Below, piece by piece: positions 47,643 to 56,223 of a DNA stretch of 64,000 nt. How positions within the stretch are numbered: position 1 is the stretch's first letter; every line of letters starts with the position of its first letter. This stretch comes from Micrococcales bacterium (GTDB lineage Bacteria > Actinomycetota > Actinomycetes > Actinomycetales > WQXJ01), in NCBI GenBank assembly GCA_009784895.1, contig WQXJ01000001.1, positions 12,479 through 76,478 on the forward strand, read 5' to 3'. The notes under the pieces were generated by a model. It was given only the letters and a program-made list of their open reading frames with translations, had not been told where the DNA came from and did no database searches. The position numbers were made by a program, and so were the translations under genes.

Positions 47643-50600
47643 TTACTGGAAATCGCGGGAGCGGGCCGGCACCGGCAGATAGAGCGGGTGGAGATGACCG
47701 GCTTTGACCCCAACCGCACCATCTTGCTTTTCCAGGCGACCGCTAACCACCAGGGCTGAGGCGCCGCGAGCGATTTTGCGGTACTTATTCCAGACATCGG
47801 CCGTACAGACCACATTGAGCTGGCCGGTTTCGTCTTCAAGCGAGATGAAGGTGACACCCCTGGCGGTGCCGGGACGCTGTCGGTGGGTGACCACACCGGC
47901 TACTTTTAGCCACAGGCCCTCAACCTGGTCTTGGACTTCGATCAGTCGGAAAACCCCGGCGGCGTCCAATTTGTGGCGGACATGAGCTGTCGGGTACTCC
48001 CCCAGTGACACCCCGGTGGACCAGTAGTCGGCGTAGGCCAGTTCCGCCCGGCTCATAGTCGGTAACGCCGGGGCCTCTAAGCCCACCGATGTGCCGGGCA
48101 AAGTGCCGGCCCCGCCCACTGCGCCGGCCGCCCACAAGGCTCGCCGCCTGTCCCCGGCCAAAGTGTCCAAAGCCCCAGCGGTGGCCAGGGTTTCGAGTTG
48201 GGCCGTGGTCAGTTCGGCCCGCCGGGCCAGGTCCTCCAGCGAGCTAAAGGCCGCCTCTTGGCGGGCTGCCACGATGCTTTCCGCCACCGCTGAGCCAATC
48301 CCGCGGACCTCGGCCAGCCCTAGACGCAGGCCAAGGCCCCGGTCGCCGCGTAGCAGCCCGGGGTGCGGTCCAACCCGGTTAGAAGGCGGCGGCGTTGGCT
48401 CCGGCCCGCTTGGCCCAACCGCTTCGACACTGGCCTTGGCGGCGGAGACAGCCACGTTTGGCCCTAACACCACCAGGCCGTGCCGCCGGGCGTCCGCCAC
48501 TAAGGTTTGCGGCGAGTAGAAGCCCATCGGCTGGCTGGCCAGGATTGAGGCGTAGAAGGCGGCCGGATGGAACACCTTAAGCCAGGCGCTGACGTAGACA
48601 ATCAGAGCAAAGGAAAAGGAATGCGATTCGGGGAAACCAAAGTCAGCAAAGGCCCGCAACTGGTCCCAGATTCGTTGGCGCACTTTAGGTGAGTCAATGC
48701 CGTGGGCGGCCATACCGGCCAACAGATCATCTTTGATCGCCGCCATCCGCTCGACTGAACGTTTGGCGCCCATGGCCCGGCGTAGCTGGTCAGCTTGGGA
48801 CGGGCTGAAACCGGCCGCGTCGATGGCGATTCGCATCAGCTGCTCTTGGAACAGTGGCACGCCAAGCGTCTTTTCTAAGGCTGGGCGCAACAATTCGTGG
48901 TCGTAGCTGACAGCCTGGCGCCCGCGGGCTCGTTCGATGTAAGGGTGAACCGATCCGCCCTGGATTGGGCCGGGGCGGATCAGAGCGACTTCGACCACTA
49001 GGTCATAGAACTTCCGTGGCCTAAGCCGCGGCAAAGTCGCCATTTGGGCTCTGGACTCGACTTGGAAAACCCCGACCGTATCCGCAGCGCAAAGCAGGTC
49101 GTAGACCTCTACCACCTCCGGCGGAATGGTGTGCAGCTCCCAGCGTTTGCCCTCGGTCCGTTCAATCTCATCAAAGGCCAGACTGACTGCCCCCAGCATG
49201 CCCAGTCCCAGCAGGTCGAATTTGACTAACCCGGCTTGGGCCACGTCATCCTTGTCCCATTGCAGCACCGAACGGTCCGCCATCCGGCCCCATTGCACCG
49301 GGCAAACGTCGATCACCGGCCCATCGCATAAGACCATGCCGCCGGGGTGTATACCCAGGTGGCGAGGCAAAGATGTCAACTGCTCAGCAAGGTCCAAGAC
49401 ATCTTTGGGGATGCCGCTGAGGTCGTCATCAGCCACTTCCACTTTGGCCCCGGCCTTGCCCCAGGGCCGGTAGTGGATCTGGCCCCGCTTGAGGTCGCCA
49501 TAGCGTTCGATCCGCTTGGACCAAGCGGCCAGCTGCCCCGGGTCATAGCCCAAGGCCCGGCCGGCATCACGCAAGGCCAAACGGGTGCGATAGGAGATCA
49601 CCGCGCCAACTAAGGCCGCCCGTTCCCGGCCGTATTTGGCGTAGACATGTTGAATTACCTCCTCGCGCCGGCCGGATTCGATGTCGAGGTCAATATCGGG
49701 ATAACCCTCACGTTCTGGGGCCAAGAACCGTTCGAACAGCAGCCCGTGGCGGACCGCGTCGACCGCCGTGATGCCAAGGGCGTAGCAAACGGCCGAATTG
49801 GCCGCGCTACCCCGCCCCTGACACAGGATGGATTGGTCACGGCAAAAGTCGACTATCTCCCACATGATCAGGAAGTAGCCGGCCAGGTCGAGCTGGGCGA
49901 TGATGGTCAGTTCGTGTTCAAGCACGGCGTAAGCCTTGTCGTTGCCTGCCCCTGGTGGTCCGTAGCGCCTCTTGGCGCCGGCCAAGGTCAAATGGCGCAG
50001 CCAGCTGTTGTTGTTGTGCCCGGCCGGCACCGCCACTGGCGGCAGCTGAGGTGCTATCAACCGCAGGTCAAAGGCGCATTCGGCACCCAGAGCGGCAGCC
50101 ATAGCGACCGCCTCAGGGTGTGTCCGATGCCGGCGCGCCACGTCGGCAGGGCATCTCAAGTGGGCGGTCGGTGCGGCGGGCAGGTAGCCGTCCATTTGGT
50201 CCAGCGATTGGCGCTGCTTCAACGCGGCCATAGCTGTGGCCAGTGGGAACTGACTTGGGTTGGCGAAGTGAATATTGCCGGTGGCAACTAAAGCCGTCCG
50301 GCCCCGCTGGGCCACCTGGGCCAGGGCGTCACAGCGGGCCGGGTCGAAGGGATCACCGCCCTGGGTGATCTCGACGGCCACATTGTCCCGGCCAAATAGC
50401 GCGGTCAGTTGGTCAAGAGCCCGCCCGGCCGCGTCCAGGTTCCACCCATCGACGCTCTCGATCCCTCTCAAGGGTCCTTGGCGGCAGCCGGTTAGGACCA
50501 GCCATTCGCCGCCACCTTGCTCAGCCAGTTCTTCCAGTTCAAAACTCGGTTGACCTTGCGGCCCTGGGAGATTGCCTAACGCCACTCTCCCAGGGTCCGG

Positions 50601-51017
50601 TGCAGCCTTTTTTGGCCGCGTCTTCGCTGGCAGAAGCTTCGCTTCTGCCGCGTGCGACACGGCGGGGGGTGTTTGGCAACGCCCCCCTAAGCGCAAATAG
50701 CCGCGGGCAATAGTGCGGGATAGCCGGCTGTAACCGGCCGGTCCCCGGGCCAAAACCAGCAGATGGGCGCCGTCACTTAGAGTCAGTTCGGCGCCGTAGA
50801 GCGCGGGCAGGCCAACTGCCCGGGCGGCGGCGGCAAACTGGACTACGCCGTAGAGCCCGTCATGATCAGTCAGGGCCATGGCGGATAGGCCCAATTGGGC
50901 CGCCCGCTCAGCTAAATCGGCCGGTTGACTGACCCCGTCTAGAAAACTGAAAGCGCTGTGGGCGTGCAGCTCGGCATAACGTGGCCCGGGCGCCTCATCC
51001 ACCAACCTCTTAGTCAT
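47643..51017 (-). CDS. dnaE2: error-prone DNA polymerase III alpha homologue
   Basis: YAELHAHSAFSFLDG (PHP domain), palm and fingers motifs, and a C-terminal OB fold. Preferred ATG at 51017 lies 2 nt after the imuB stop. Confidence 0.95.
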   Translation of the reverse strand: MTKRLVDEAPGPRYAELHAHSAFSFLDGVSQPADLAERAAQLGLSAMALTDHDGLYGVVQFAAAARAVGLPALYGAELTLSDGAHLLVLARGPAGYSRLSRTIARGYLRLGGRCQTPPAVSHAAEAKLLPAKTRPKKAAPDPGRVALGNLPGPQGQPSFELEELAEQGGGEWLVLTGCRQGPLRGIESVDGWNLDAAGRALDQLTALFGRDNVAVEITQGGDPFDPARCDALAQVAQRGRTALVATGNIHFANPSQFPLATAMAALKQRQSLDQMDGYLPAAPTAHLRCPADVARRHRTHPEAVAMAAALGAECAFDLRLIAPQLPPVAVPAGHNNNSWLRHLTLAGAKRRYGPPGAGNDKAYAVLEHELTIIAQLDLAGYFLIMWEIVDFCRDQSILCQGRGSAANSAVCYALGITAVDAVRHGLLFERFLAPEREGYPDIDLDIESGRREEVIQHVYAKYGRERAALVGAVISYRTRLALRDAGRALGYDPGQLAAWSKRIERYGDLKRGQIHYRPWGKAGAKVEVADDDLSGIPKDVLDLAEQLTSLPRHLGIHPGGMVLCDGPVIDVCPVQWGRMADRSVLQWDKDDVAQAGLVKFDLLGLGMLGAVSLAFDEIERTEGKRWELHTIPPEVVEVYDLLCAADTVGVFQVESRAQMATLPRLRPRKFYDLVVEVALIRPGPIQGGSVHPYIERARGRQAVSYDHELLRPALEKTLGVPLFQEQLMRIAIDAAGFSPSQADQLRRAMGAKRSVERMAAIKDDLLAGMAAHGIDSPKVRQRIWDQLRAFADFGFPESHSFSFALIVYVSAWLKVFHPAAFYASILASQPMGFYSPQTLVADARRHGLVVLGPNVAVSAAKASVEAVGPSGPEPTPPPSNRVGPHPGLLRGDRGLGLRLGLAEVRGIGSAVAESIVAARQEAAFSSLEDLARRAELTTAQLETLATAGALDTLAGDRRRALWAAGAVGGAGTLPGTSVGLEAPALPTMSRAELAYADYWSTGVSLGEYPTAHVRHKLDAAGVFRLIEVQDQVEGLWLKVAGVVTHRQRPGTARGVTFISLEDETGQLNVVCTADVWNKYRKIARGASALVVSGRLEKQDGAVGVKAGHLHPLYLPVPARSRDFQ
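50611..50662. repeat. palindromic repeat element, copy A (inside dnaE2)
   Basis: tttggccgcgtcttcgctggcagaagcttcgcttctgccgcgtgcgacacgg, with a perfect 9-bp stem ggcagaagc/gcttctgcc at 50629-50649. Confidence 0.85.
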
Positions 51018-52734
51018 AGACCCCCTCAATCTGCCAAACCCCGTTTTGACAGGCCAACAAGGACAAGACGGTGCCATTTGGCCGCGTCTTCGCCGGCAGA
51101 AGCTGCGCCTCTGCCGCGTGCGACACGGGGGTGCCCTCAGGCACCGTCGTGTCAAGGGCGGCGCTATTTGGCCGCGTCTTCGCCGGCAGAAGCTGCGCCT
51201 CTGCCGCGTGCGACACGGGTTGATCCGATTCGACCTGGAGGTAGACCCGGCGCTGTGGTTGTCTGGTCCACCACCGCTCTACTACGGGCCAAGGGCCGGC
51301 CCAACCCTTAACCGGGGCGTTGTCTAGGCGGCTTGGCTCCCCCGACAACTCCAAAGTGGCGCTGACGCGCACCAGGTTGCCACCGGCATCGGACAGATTG
51401 ACCGGCCACGGCTTAGATGGCACCAAAGCTGGTGCTGGGTCAGGTAACTTGCCTGGCCAAGGTTGGTTTAGCGGGCGCAACGGCACGGCCTCATCGCCCC
51501 ATTGGACCAGGCGGATGCGGCTACGGGGGTCACGCCCACCTTGTTCAACTGGCTGGAAGACGGCGCCTTCGCCCAGCATGGCTTGGAGACGATCAGCCCC
51601 GCGGGCGGCCCTGGCCTGGGCTTGGCCTTCGTTGTCCCATAGGCGCGCGGCCGATCCCCCGGCTGGATGAACTTCCTCCGCCTGTAGGCGGATCAGCACT
51701 AGGGCTCCGGTCGGAGCTAGACCACTGCGACCAGTCAGCCAGCCCTCCAACTGCCAACGCAGGCGGTCACGCACCCCGGTCGCGTCAACGCCGTCAAGCC
51801 GCCAGCTGCGGCTGAGGGTTTCGCCGTGTTCGGTGGTGGCTTCGATCCTGAGCCGGTCATAGCTCTGGCCGTGATGGGCCAATTGGCGGTGAAGATCTTC
51901 CGCTAAGCGGCGGCCCAAAAAGGCGGCAGCCTCAATCTGGGTGACAGGCGGGTCGGGTTGGGCTTGCACCACGAACTGAGGCTCTGGTCTCAGAGCCGTC
52001 ACGATCAGGGCGTCTTCTGCCCTGGCCAGGCGCCTAGCCCAAATACCGGTGGTGCCAAAACGCTCGCTGACGGCGCTGGCTGGCAGATTGGCTAGATCCC
52101 CCAAAGTCCGCACGCCTAGGCGGGCTAGCAGGTCGATCAGAGGGTTCAAAACGTCAGCCTGGACCGTGCCTTGCAGAGCCAGTTGGAGCTCTGGTAATGG
52201 CCTAGGTTCAAGGAATTGACTAGAGTGCCCCGTTTGAACGATCCGGTTCTCCCGCGCCGCCAAGATAGCGGCCAACGGGCCATCAGCCACCCCGACCCAA
52301 GCCTCAGAACCAGTCTGAGTGGTGAGCTCATCCAATAGGTGTTCGGCCAGAGCTTGATCAGAGCCGTGGTAACGAGCAGCCCGACCGGCGGGGCATAAGG
52401 CCAAACCGGGTCTAAGCAGCTCGACCCCTGGCACCTGGTCATCCAAGGCTTTAGCCAGCTGCGCAAAGGTTCGAGCGTCGCGGGCTTGGTCGGCTGGCAC
52501 CAGCTGGGCTGCGGGGCAGGCGTCTTGGGCGGTGCGGCGTTTCATACCGCGCCTAGCTCCGGCCTTTCTGGCGGCGGCCGAAAGAGCCTTCACCCGCCCA
52601 GAGCCAAGCACAATGACAGGCTGGTCAGCCGGCGCCTGGCCAGCCATGATGGCGGCTACCACCGGCCAATCCGGTACCCACAAAGCGGCCAGGCGGCGGC
52701 CAGGCGGCGCACTATTCACTAGCCTTCTGGTCAT
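51010..52734 (-). CDS. imuB: Y-family polymerase-like mutasome subunit ImuB
   Basis: LAALWVPDWPV start region and a Y-family-like core. Sits between imuA' and dnaE2. Preferred ATG at 52734 forms an ATGA overlap with the imuA' stop. Confidence 0.85.
   Translation of the reverse strand: MTRRLVNSAPPGRRLAALWVPDWPVVAAIMAGQAPADQPVIVLGSGRVKALSAAARKAGARRGMKRRTAQDACPAAQLVPADQARDARTFAQLAKALDDQVPGVELLRPGLALCPAGRAARYHGSDQALAEHLLDELTTQTGSEAWVGVADGPLAAILAARENRIVQTGHSSQFLEPRPLPELQLALQGTVQADVLNPLIDLLARLGVRTLGDLANLPASAVSERFGTTGIWARRLARAEDALIVTALRPEPQFVVQAQPDPPVTQIEAAAFLGRRLAEDLHRQLAHHGQSYDRLRIEATTEHGETLSRSWRLDGVDATGVRDRLRWQLEGWLTGRSGLAPTGALVLIRLQAEEVHPAGGSAARLWDNEGQAQARAARGADRLQAMLGEGAVFQPVEQGGRDPRSRIRLVQWGDEAVPLRPLNQPWPGKLPDPAPALVPSKPWPVNLSDAGGNLVRVSATLELSGEPSRLDNAPVKGWAGPWPVVERWWTRQPQRRVYLQVESDQPVSHAAEAQLLPAKTRPNSAALDTTVPEGTPVSHAAEAQLLPAKTRPNGTVLSLLACQNGVWQIEGVYD
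51077..51129. repeat. palindromic repeat element, copy B (inside imuB)
   Basis: Identical to copy C and 49/52 identical to copy A by hand alignment. Hairpin at 51095-51115. Confidence 0.85.
51167..51219. repeat. palindromic repeat element, copy C (inside imuB)
   Basis: Exactly 90 bp from copy B. The flanking sequences differ between B and C. Confidence 0.85.
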
Positions 52735-53480
52735 ATCGCTGCCAATCGCTTTGGCTGTTGGTTGGTGGCTAGCGGATCTTGTTGGTGCTGGTGGTCGGGT
52801 GGCTGATGTGGCTGGCCGGCCGCCAAAACCTGCGCTCCGGACCAACGCACATCCAGCCACCCGGCTTCTAGCAGGCCATCGCCTTGCCCTAATGACCGGT
52901 GGCTGATCTGGCTGATTTCGACTTTGAGTTGAGCCCCAGGCCATTGACCACTAGTCACTAAATAGCCTTGATGGTGACGCAAACGGGCCTCTAAGCGCCG
53001 CCGGTCTGCCGCTTGGGAGGCAGTGGCCGTCCAACTATCACCTAATACCACCACGCCAAAGGCGTCGATCAAACTGGCTAGCGCCTTGACCCCACCATCG
53101 CCCAGATCCGGTACCACCACCGCTCGTTCCAAGGCCACCCCGGCCTGGGCCGCAGCCAGGTAACCCAGATCAGGCAGGTGGGCCAAGGCGCCCCAGGTTT
53201 GGGCCTGCCAAACCCCGGCTGCCACCGCCAGCAAGGCGCTAGTTGAACCAGTAACCTGGGCTACCTGCCCTGGTGCCAACAGTGCCGCAGCTGTGGTCTT
53301 GACCTCATCTAAAGTGCACTGGCTGGTCCCGCCGTCTTGTGCGGCCACCAAACGCAACCGCGGCGGGTCCAACGAGCGGTCGAGCCCAGCCTGGCTAACC
53401 GGCCGGGTGCCAGTTGAAACCTCGGCCTGCTTGAGCGCCTGGCTGGCCCTGGCCAGGCGTAGTGCTTGGCTCTCCCCCAC
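52731..53480 (-). CDS. imuA': ImuA'-like mutasome accessory protein
   Basis: First gene of the imuA'-imuB-dnaE2 arrangement. RecA-core-like stretch VAQVTGSTSALLAVAAG..GVALERAVVVPD..FGVVVLGD. Confidence 0.7.
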   Translation of the reverse strand: MGESQALRLARASQALKQAEVSTGTRPVSQAGLDRSLDPPRLRLVAAQDGGTSQCTLDEVKTTAAALLAPGQVAQVTGSTSALLAVAAGVWQAQTWGALAHLPDLGYLAAAQAGVALERAVVVPDLGDGGVKALASLIDAFGVVVLGDSWTATASQAADRRRLEARLRHHQGYLVTSGQWPGAQLKVEISQISHRSLGQGDGLLEAGWLDVRWSGAQVLAAGQPHQPPDHQHQQDPLATNQQPKRLAAI

Positions 53481-53499
53481 GTCTAGTCCCTCAAAGTCA

Positions 53500-53511
53500 A
53501 TACATTTGTTC
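53500..53511. promoter_or_regulatory. Cheo/LexA-box-like site 1
   Basis: ATACATTTGTTC compared with GAAC-N4-GTTC; one half-site is perfect. Confidence 0.4.
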
Positions 53512-53521
53512 TAGACCTATC

Positions 53522-53550
53522 AGTCTAACATTGCTAGAACATTTGTCCAA
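53522..53550 (-). promoter_or_regulatory. candidate promoter of the imuA' operon
   Basis: Minus strand reads TTGGAC-N17-TAGACT, about 40 nt upstream of the GTG at 53480. Confidence 0.4.
53537..53548. promoter_or_regulatory. Cheo/LexA-box-like site 2
   Basis: GAACATTTGTCC has one mismatch to GAAC-N4-GTTC and overlaps the -35 and spacer. Confidence 0.45.
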
Positions 53551-53608
53551 GCCCAATTGGCCTACCCCAGCCCAGCCGAGGCACCGCCCGGCATCTAGTC
53601 TGTCCAAA

Positions 53609-53670
53609 CCGCACTGCCCTGGATCGAGTCTCACCCTGGCCGCACTGCCCTGGATCGAGTCTCACCCTGG
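53609..53670. repeat. 31-bp perfect tandem repeat, 2 copies
   Basis: ccgcactgccctggatcgagtctcaccctgg appears twice, head to tail. Confidence 0.9.
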
Positions 53671-53719
53671 CCGGCCTGGGCTTCCGGCTTGAACTGGGGT
53701 TTTACGGAGAACGGTGTCC

Positions 53720-53812
53720 GGTGCGGGTGAAAGTCGTTCGGCTGGGCCCCGGTGCGGGTGAAAGTCGTTCGGCTGGGCCCCGGTGCGGGTGAAAGTCGAT
53801 TGGCTGGACCAC
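53720..53812. repeat. 31-bp tandem repeat, 3 copies (third diverged)
   Basis: ggtgcgggtgaaagtcgttcggctgggcccc appears twice perfectly, then ggtgcgggtgaaagtcgattggctggaccacc. Confidence 0.9.
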
Positions 53813-53848
53813 CGTGCTATCAGCGCACCATTGAAGTAGCATCCAGTT

Positions 53849-54382
53849 ATGAACCTTGAACGAACCCCGCCGCCCGATCCTTACACCCTGTTACCAGCTG
53901 TCCCAGCCTTCCAATTGACCAGCAATGACCTGGTCGACGGCGGACCGTTGGACAAGCGCCACGTCCTCGAATTCGACAATATCTCCCCCCACCTGGCCTG
54001 GTCTGGTTTCCCCCCTGAGACCAAGAGCTTTGCTGTGACCGACTTTGACCCAGATGCACCAACACCGTCCGGTTGGTGGCACTGGATGCTGGTCGACTTG
54101 CCGCCCAGTGTGACCGAGCTCAAGCGCAACGCCGGCCAGTCCGACCAGACCCTGCCCAGCCCGGCCTACCACATCAAATGCGATAACTCGGTTTGGGCCT
54201 ACGCCGGCTCGGCCCCGCCCCCGGGTGACTACCCGCACACCTACTACTTCGCCGTTCACGCCCTAGACACCGACAAGCTCGAGATTGACAGGGACACCTC
54301 GGCTGCCTGCTCCGGTCTGTATATGACCTTCCACACCATCGCTCGGGCGGTTATGACCTCAACCTGGTCAGCGCCAGCCTAA
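53849..54382 (+). CDS. YbhB/YbcL family (PEBP-like) protein
   Basis: SPHLAWSGFPPETKSFAVTDFDPDAP..WWHW..HTYYFAVHALD. Confidence 0.85.
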   Translation: MNLERTPPPDPYTLLPAVPAFQLTSNDLVDGGPLDKRHVLEFDNISPHLAWSGFPPETKSFAVTDFDPDAPTPSGWWHWMLVDLPPSVTELKRNAGQSDQTLPSPAYHIKCDNSVWAYAGSAPPPGDYPHTYYFAVHALDTDKLEIDRDTSAACSGLYMTFHTIARAVMTSTWSAPA

Positions 54383-54397
54383 GACGGAGTACCCACC

Positions 54398-55333
54398 ATG
54401 CGAACCATTTCTCTGGGCGGCAGCTTCTTAGATGCCCCCGTAATGTCCCTCGGCATGTGGCGAGCCGGAGACATTCCACTGGCCCGGATCAGGGCCATGA
54501 CCGAAGCGGCCCTGGATTGCGGTGTCAACTTCTTCGACCACGCCGACATCTACGGCAAAGACCATCGCTGTGAGCGCCGTTGGGCTGAGGCCATGCAGTG
54601 GACTCCAAGCCAGCGCCAGGACTTGATTATCCAAACCAAGGCTGGGATCAGACAAGATGCTGGTTGGCTCTATGACTTCTCGGCCAAGCACCTAATGAGC
54701 ACCGTTGAGGAGTCACTCAAGTCCCTGCGCACCGACTACATCGACATCTTGTTGTTGCATCGGCCTGACGCCTTGATGGAACCAGAAGAAGTGGCCCAGG
54801 TCTTCGACCAGTTGTGGAACGACGGCAAGGTGCAACACTTCGGCGTCTCAAACTTCACCGCCAGTCAGATCGAACTGCTGACCCGCTACGTCAACCGCCC
54901 CATAGTGGCCAACCAGGTTCAGTTGTCTCTGACTCACTGCCCCATCATTGCCCAGGGCTTGGCCGCCAATATGTCGGCAGTCGACGGATCGGTCGAGCGG
55001 GCCGGTGGCCTGGTGGAGTACTGCATTCTCAACAACATCACCCTCCAGGCCTGGTCGCCAGTCCAAGCCGGGTTCTTGACCGGTACATTCCTGGCCGATC
55101 GAGACAAATACGGGCCGCTCAACGATGTGATTGATCGCTTGGCCGGTGAATACGGGGTCGAACCTGTCGCCATCGCGACCGCTTGGATTTGGCGCCACCC
55201 GGCCAACATTCAGGTAGTGCTGGGCTCATCTAAGCCCGAAAGGATCCGGGCTGCCGCCGCCGGCAGCGACATCCGCCTAACGCGCGAACAGTGGTACGAA
55301 CTGTTTATCGCCGCCGGCCACGAAGTGCCCTAG
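54398..55333 (+). CDS. aldo/keto reductase (YdhF-like)
   Basis: GVNFFDHADIYG, DILLLHRPD and HFGVSNF. Confidence 0.85.
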   Translation: MRTISLGGSFLDAPVMSLGMWRAGDIPLARIRAMTEAALDCGVNFFDHADIYGKDHRCERRWAEAMQWTPSQRQDLIIQTKAGIRQDAGWLYDFSAKHLMSTVEESLKSLRTDYIDILLLHRPDALMEPEEVAQVFDQLWNDGKVQHFGVSNFTASQIELLTRYVNRPIVANQVQLSLTHCPIIAQGLAANMSAVDGSVERAGGLVEYCILNNITLQAWSPVQAGFLTGTFLADRDKYGPLNDVIDRLAGEYGVEPVAIATAWIWRHPANIQVVLGSSKPERIRAAAAGSDIRLTREQWYELFIAAGHEVP

Positions 55334-55401
55334 AAAATGTCCCTACCCCCGCCCAATTGAGGTGCGGCCAATCCAGCTATGGGCCGCGTCCTGGCCTGGC
55401 G

Positions 55402-56211
55402 TCAGCTTTGGGCGCGGATAGCCCAAAAGGCCACGGCCGCGGCCGCAGCGACGTTCAAAGAGTCGACCCCACCGGACATATTGATCCGCACGGACAGGTC
55501 AGCCAGCTCAAGTGCACGGGCCGTTAGCCCATCACCTTCGCTGCCGACCATCAAAGCCAGGCGCTCAGGCAAGTCAGTGGCGAAGTCTGCCAGCGGGACG
55601 GCATCGGGCGTCAGGGCCATGGCCGCCACCACGAAACCGGCCTGCCTTAGGCGAACCAACTCTCCTGGCCAAGGATCAATCCTGGTCCACGGCACCTGGA
55701 AAACCGCGCCCATCGAAACCCTGACAGAGCGGCGGTAAAGCGGGTCGGCGCTGCGTGGGGTCACCAGCACGCCGTCCACGCCCAACCCGGCCGCGCCGCG
55801 AAAAATGGCACCCAAATTGGTGTGGTCAACCAGGTCTTCAACAATGACCAGTCGACGCGCCGGGGCCAAGACCTGGTCGAGCGAAGGCAGCTGGGGCCGG
55901 CGCATAGCCGCAATCACGCCGCGATGCATCCTGAAACCGGTCACCTGCTGCAAAAGCTGCTCCGAACCGACCAACACCGGCACCGACGCTGGCAGACGCG
56001 CCAACATGGGCTCCAAGCGGTCAACCCACTTGGGTGTCATGAGGAGCGAGATCGGCTCGATCCCGGCGTCCAGCGCCCGCCCCAGCACCTCGACGCTTTC
56101 GGCCATGAACAGCCCGCGCTCCGGTTCGATCCGCCGCCTCAGTTGCACATCGGTCAGCCGCAGGTAGGGGTCCAAAGACGGCTCGCCGGCCTCGTCAACC
56201 TCAATGATCAC
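55402..56211 (-). CDS. TrmH/SpoU family RNA 2'-O-methyltransferase
   Basis: VIVEDLVDHTNLGAIFRGAAGLG, LMVGSEGDGL and SLNVAAAAAVAFW. Confidence 0.85.
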   Translation of the reverse strand: MIIEVDEAGEPSLDPYLRLTDVQLRRRIEPERGLFMAESVEVLGRALDAGIEPISLLMTPKWVDRLEPMLARLPASVPVLVGSEQLLQQVTGFRMHRGVIAAMRRPQLPSLDQVLAPARRLVIVEDLVDHTNLGAIFRGAAGLGVDGVLVTPRSADPLYRRSVRVSMGAVFQVPWTRIDPWPGELVRLRQAGFVVAAMALTPDAVPLADFATDLPERLALMVGSEGDGLTARALELADLSVRINMSGGVDSLNVAAAAAVAFWAIRAQS

Positions 56212-56223
56212 TGGCGCGGCCGC

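Noticed and set aside
51018-51155. Long N-terminal extensions proposed by the ORF track. They affect dnaE2 to 51155, imuB to 52944, rpe to 25177, metH to 34018, AKR from 36942, the S4 protein from 44045, the membrane protein from 4888, ribD to 24360, and the lipid kinase to 16199.
   Set aside because: Each extension overlaps the neighbouring gene and has Arg/Pro/Trp-rich junk composition. An internal start gives the canonical family N-terminus with tight spacing to the upstream stop.
51077-51256. Simple 90-bp tandem duplication in imuB as the explanation for copies B and C
   Set aside because: Only the ~53-bp element is shared. The remaining ~37 bp of each 90-bp unit are unrelated, so a plain tandem duplication does not explain the pattern.
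53713-53723. RecA-NDp/PafBC-type promoter motif (TGTCGGTG-N8-TANNNT)
   Set aside because: The sequence is gtgtccggtg, with an extra base, and no TANNNT hexamer follows at the right spacing.
53609-53812. Possible CRISPR array, because of the regular 31-bp repeats
   Set aside because: The repeats are directly tandem with no unique spacers, there are only 2-3 copies per family, and no cas genes lie nearby. This is a tandem-repeat locus, not CRISPR.
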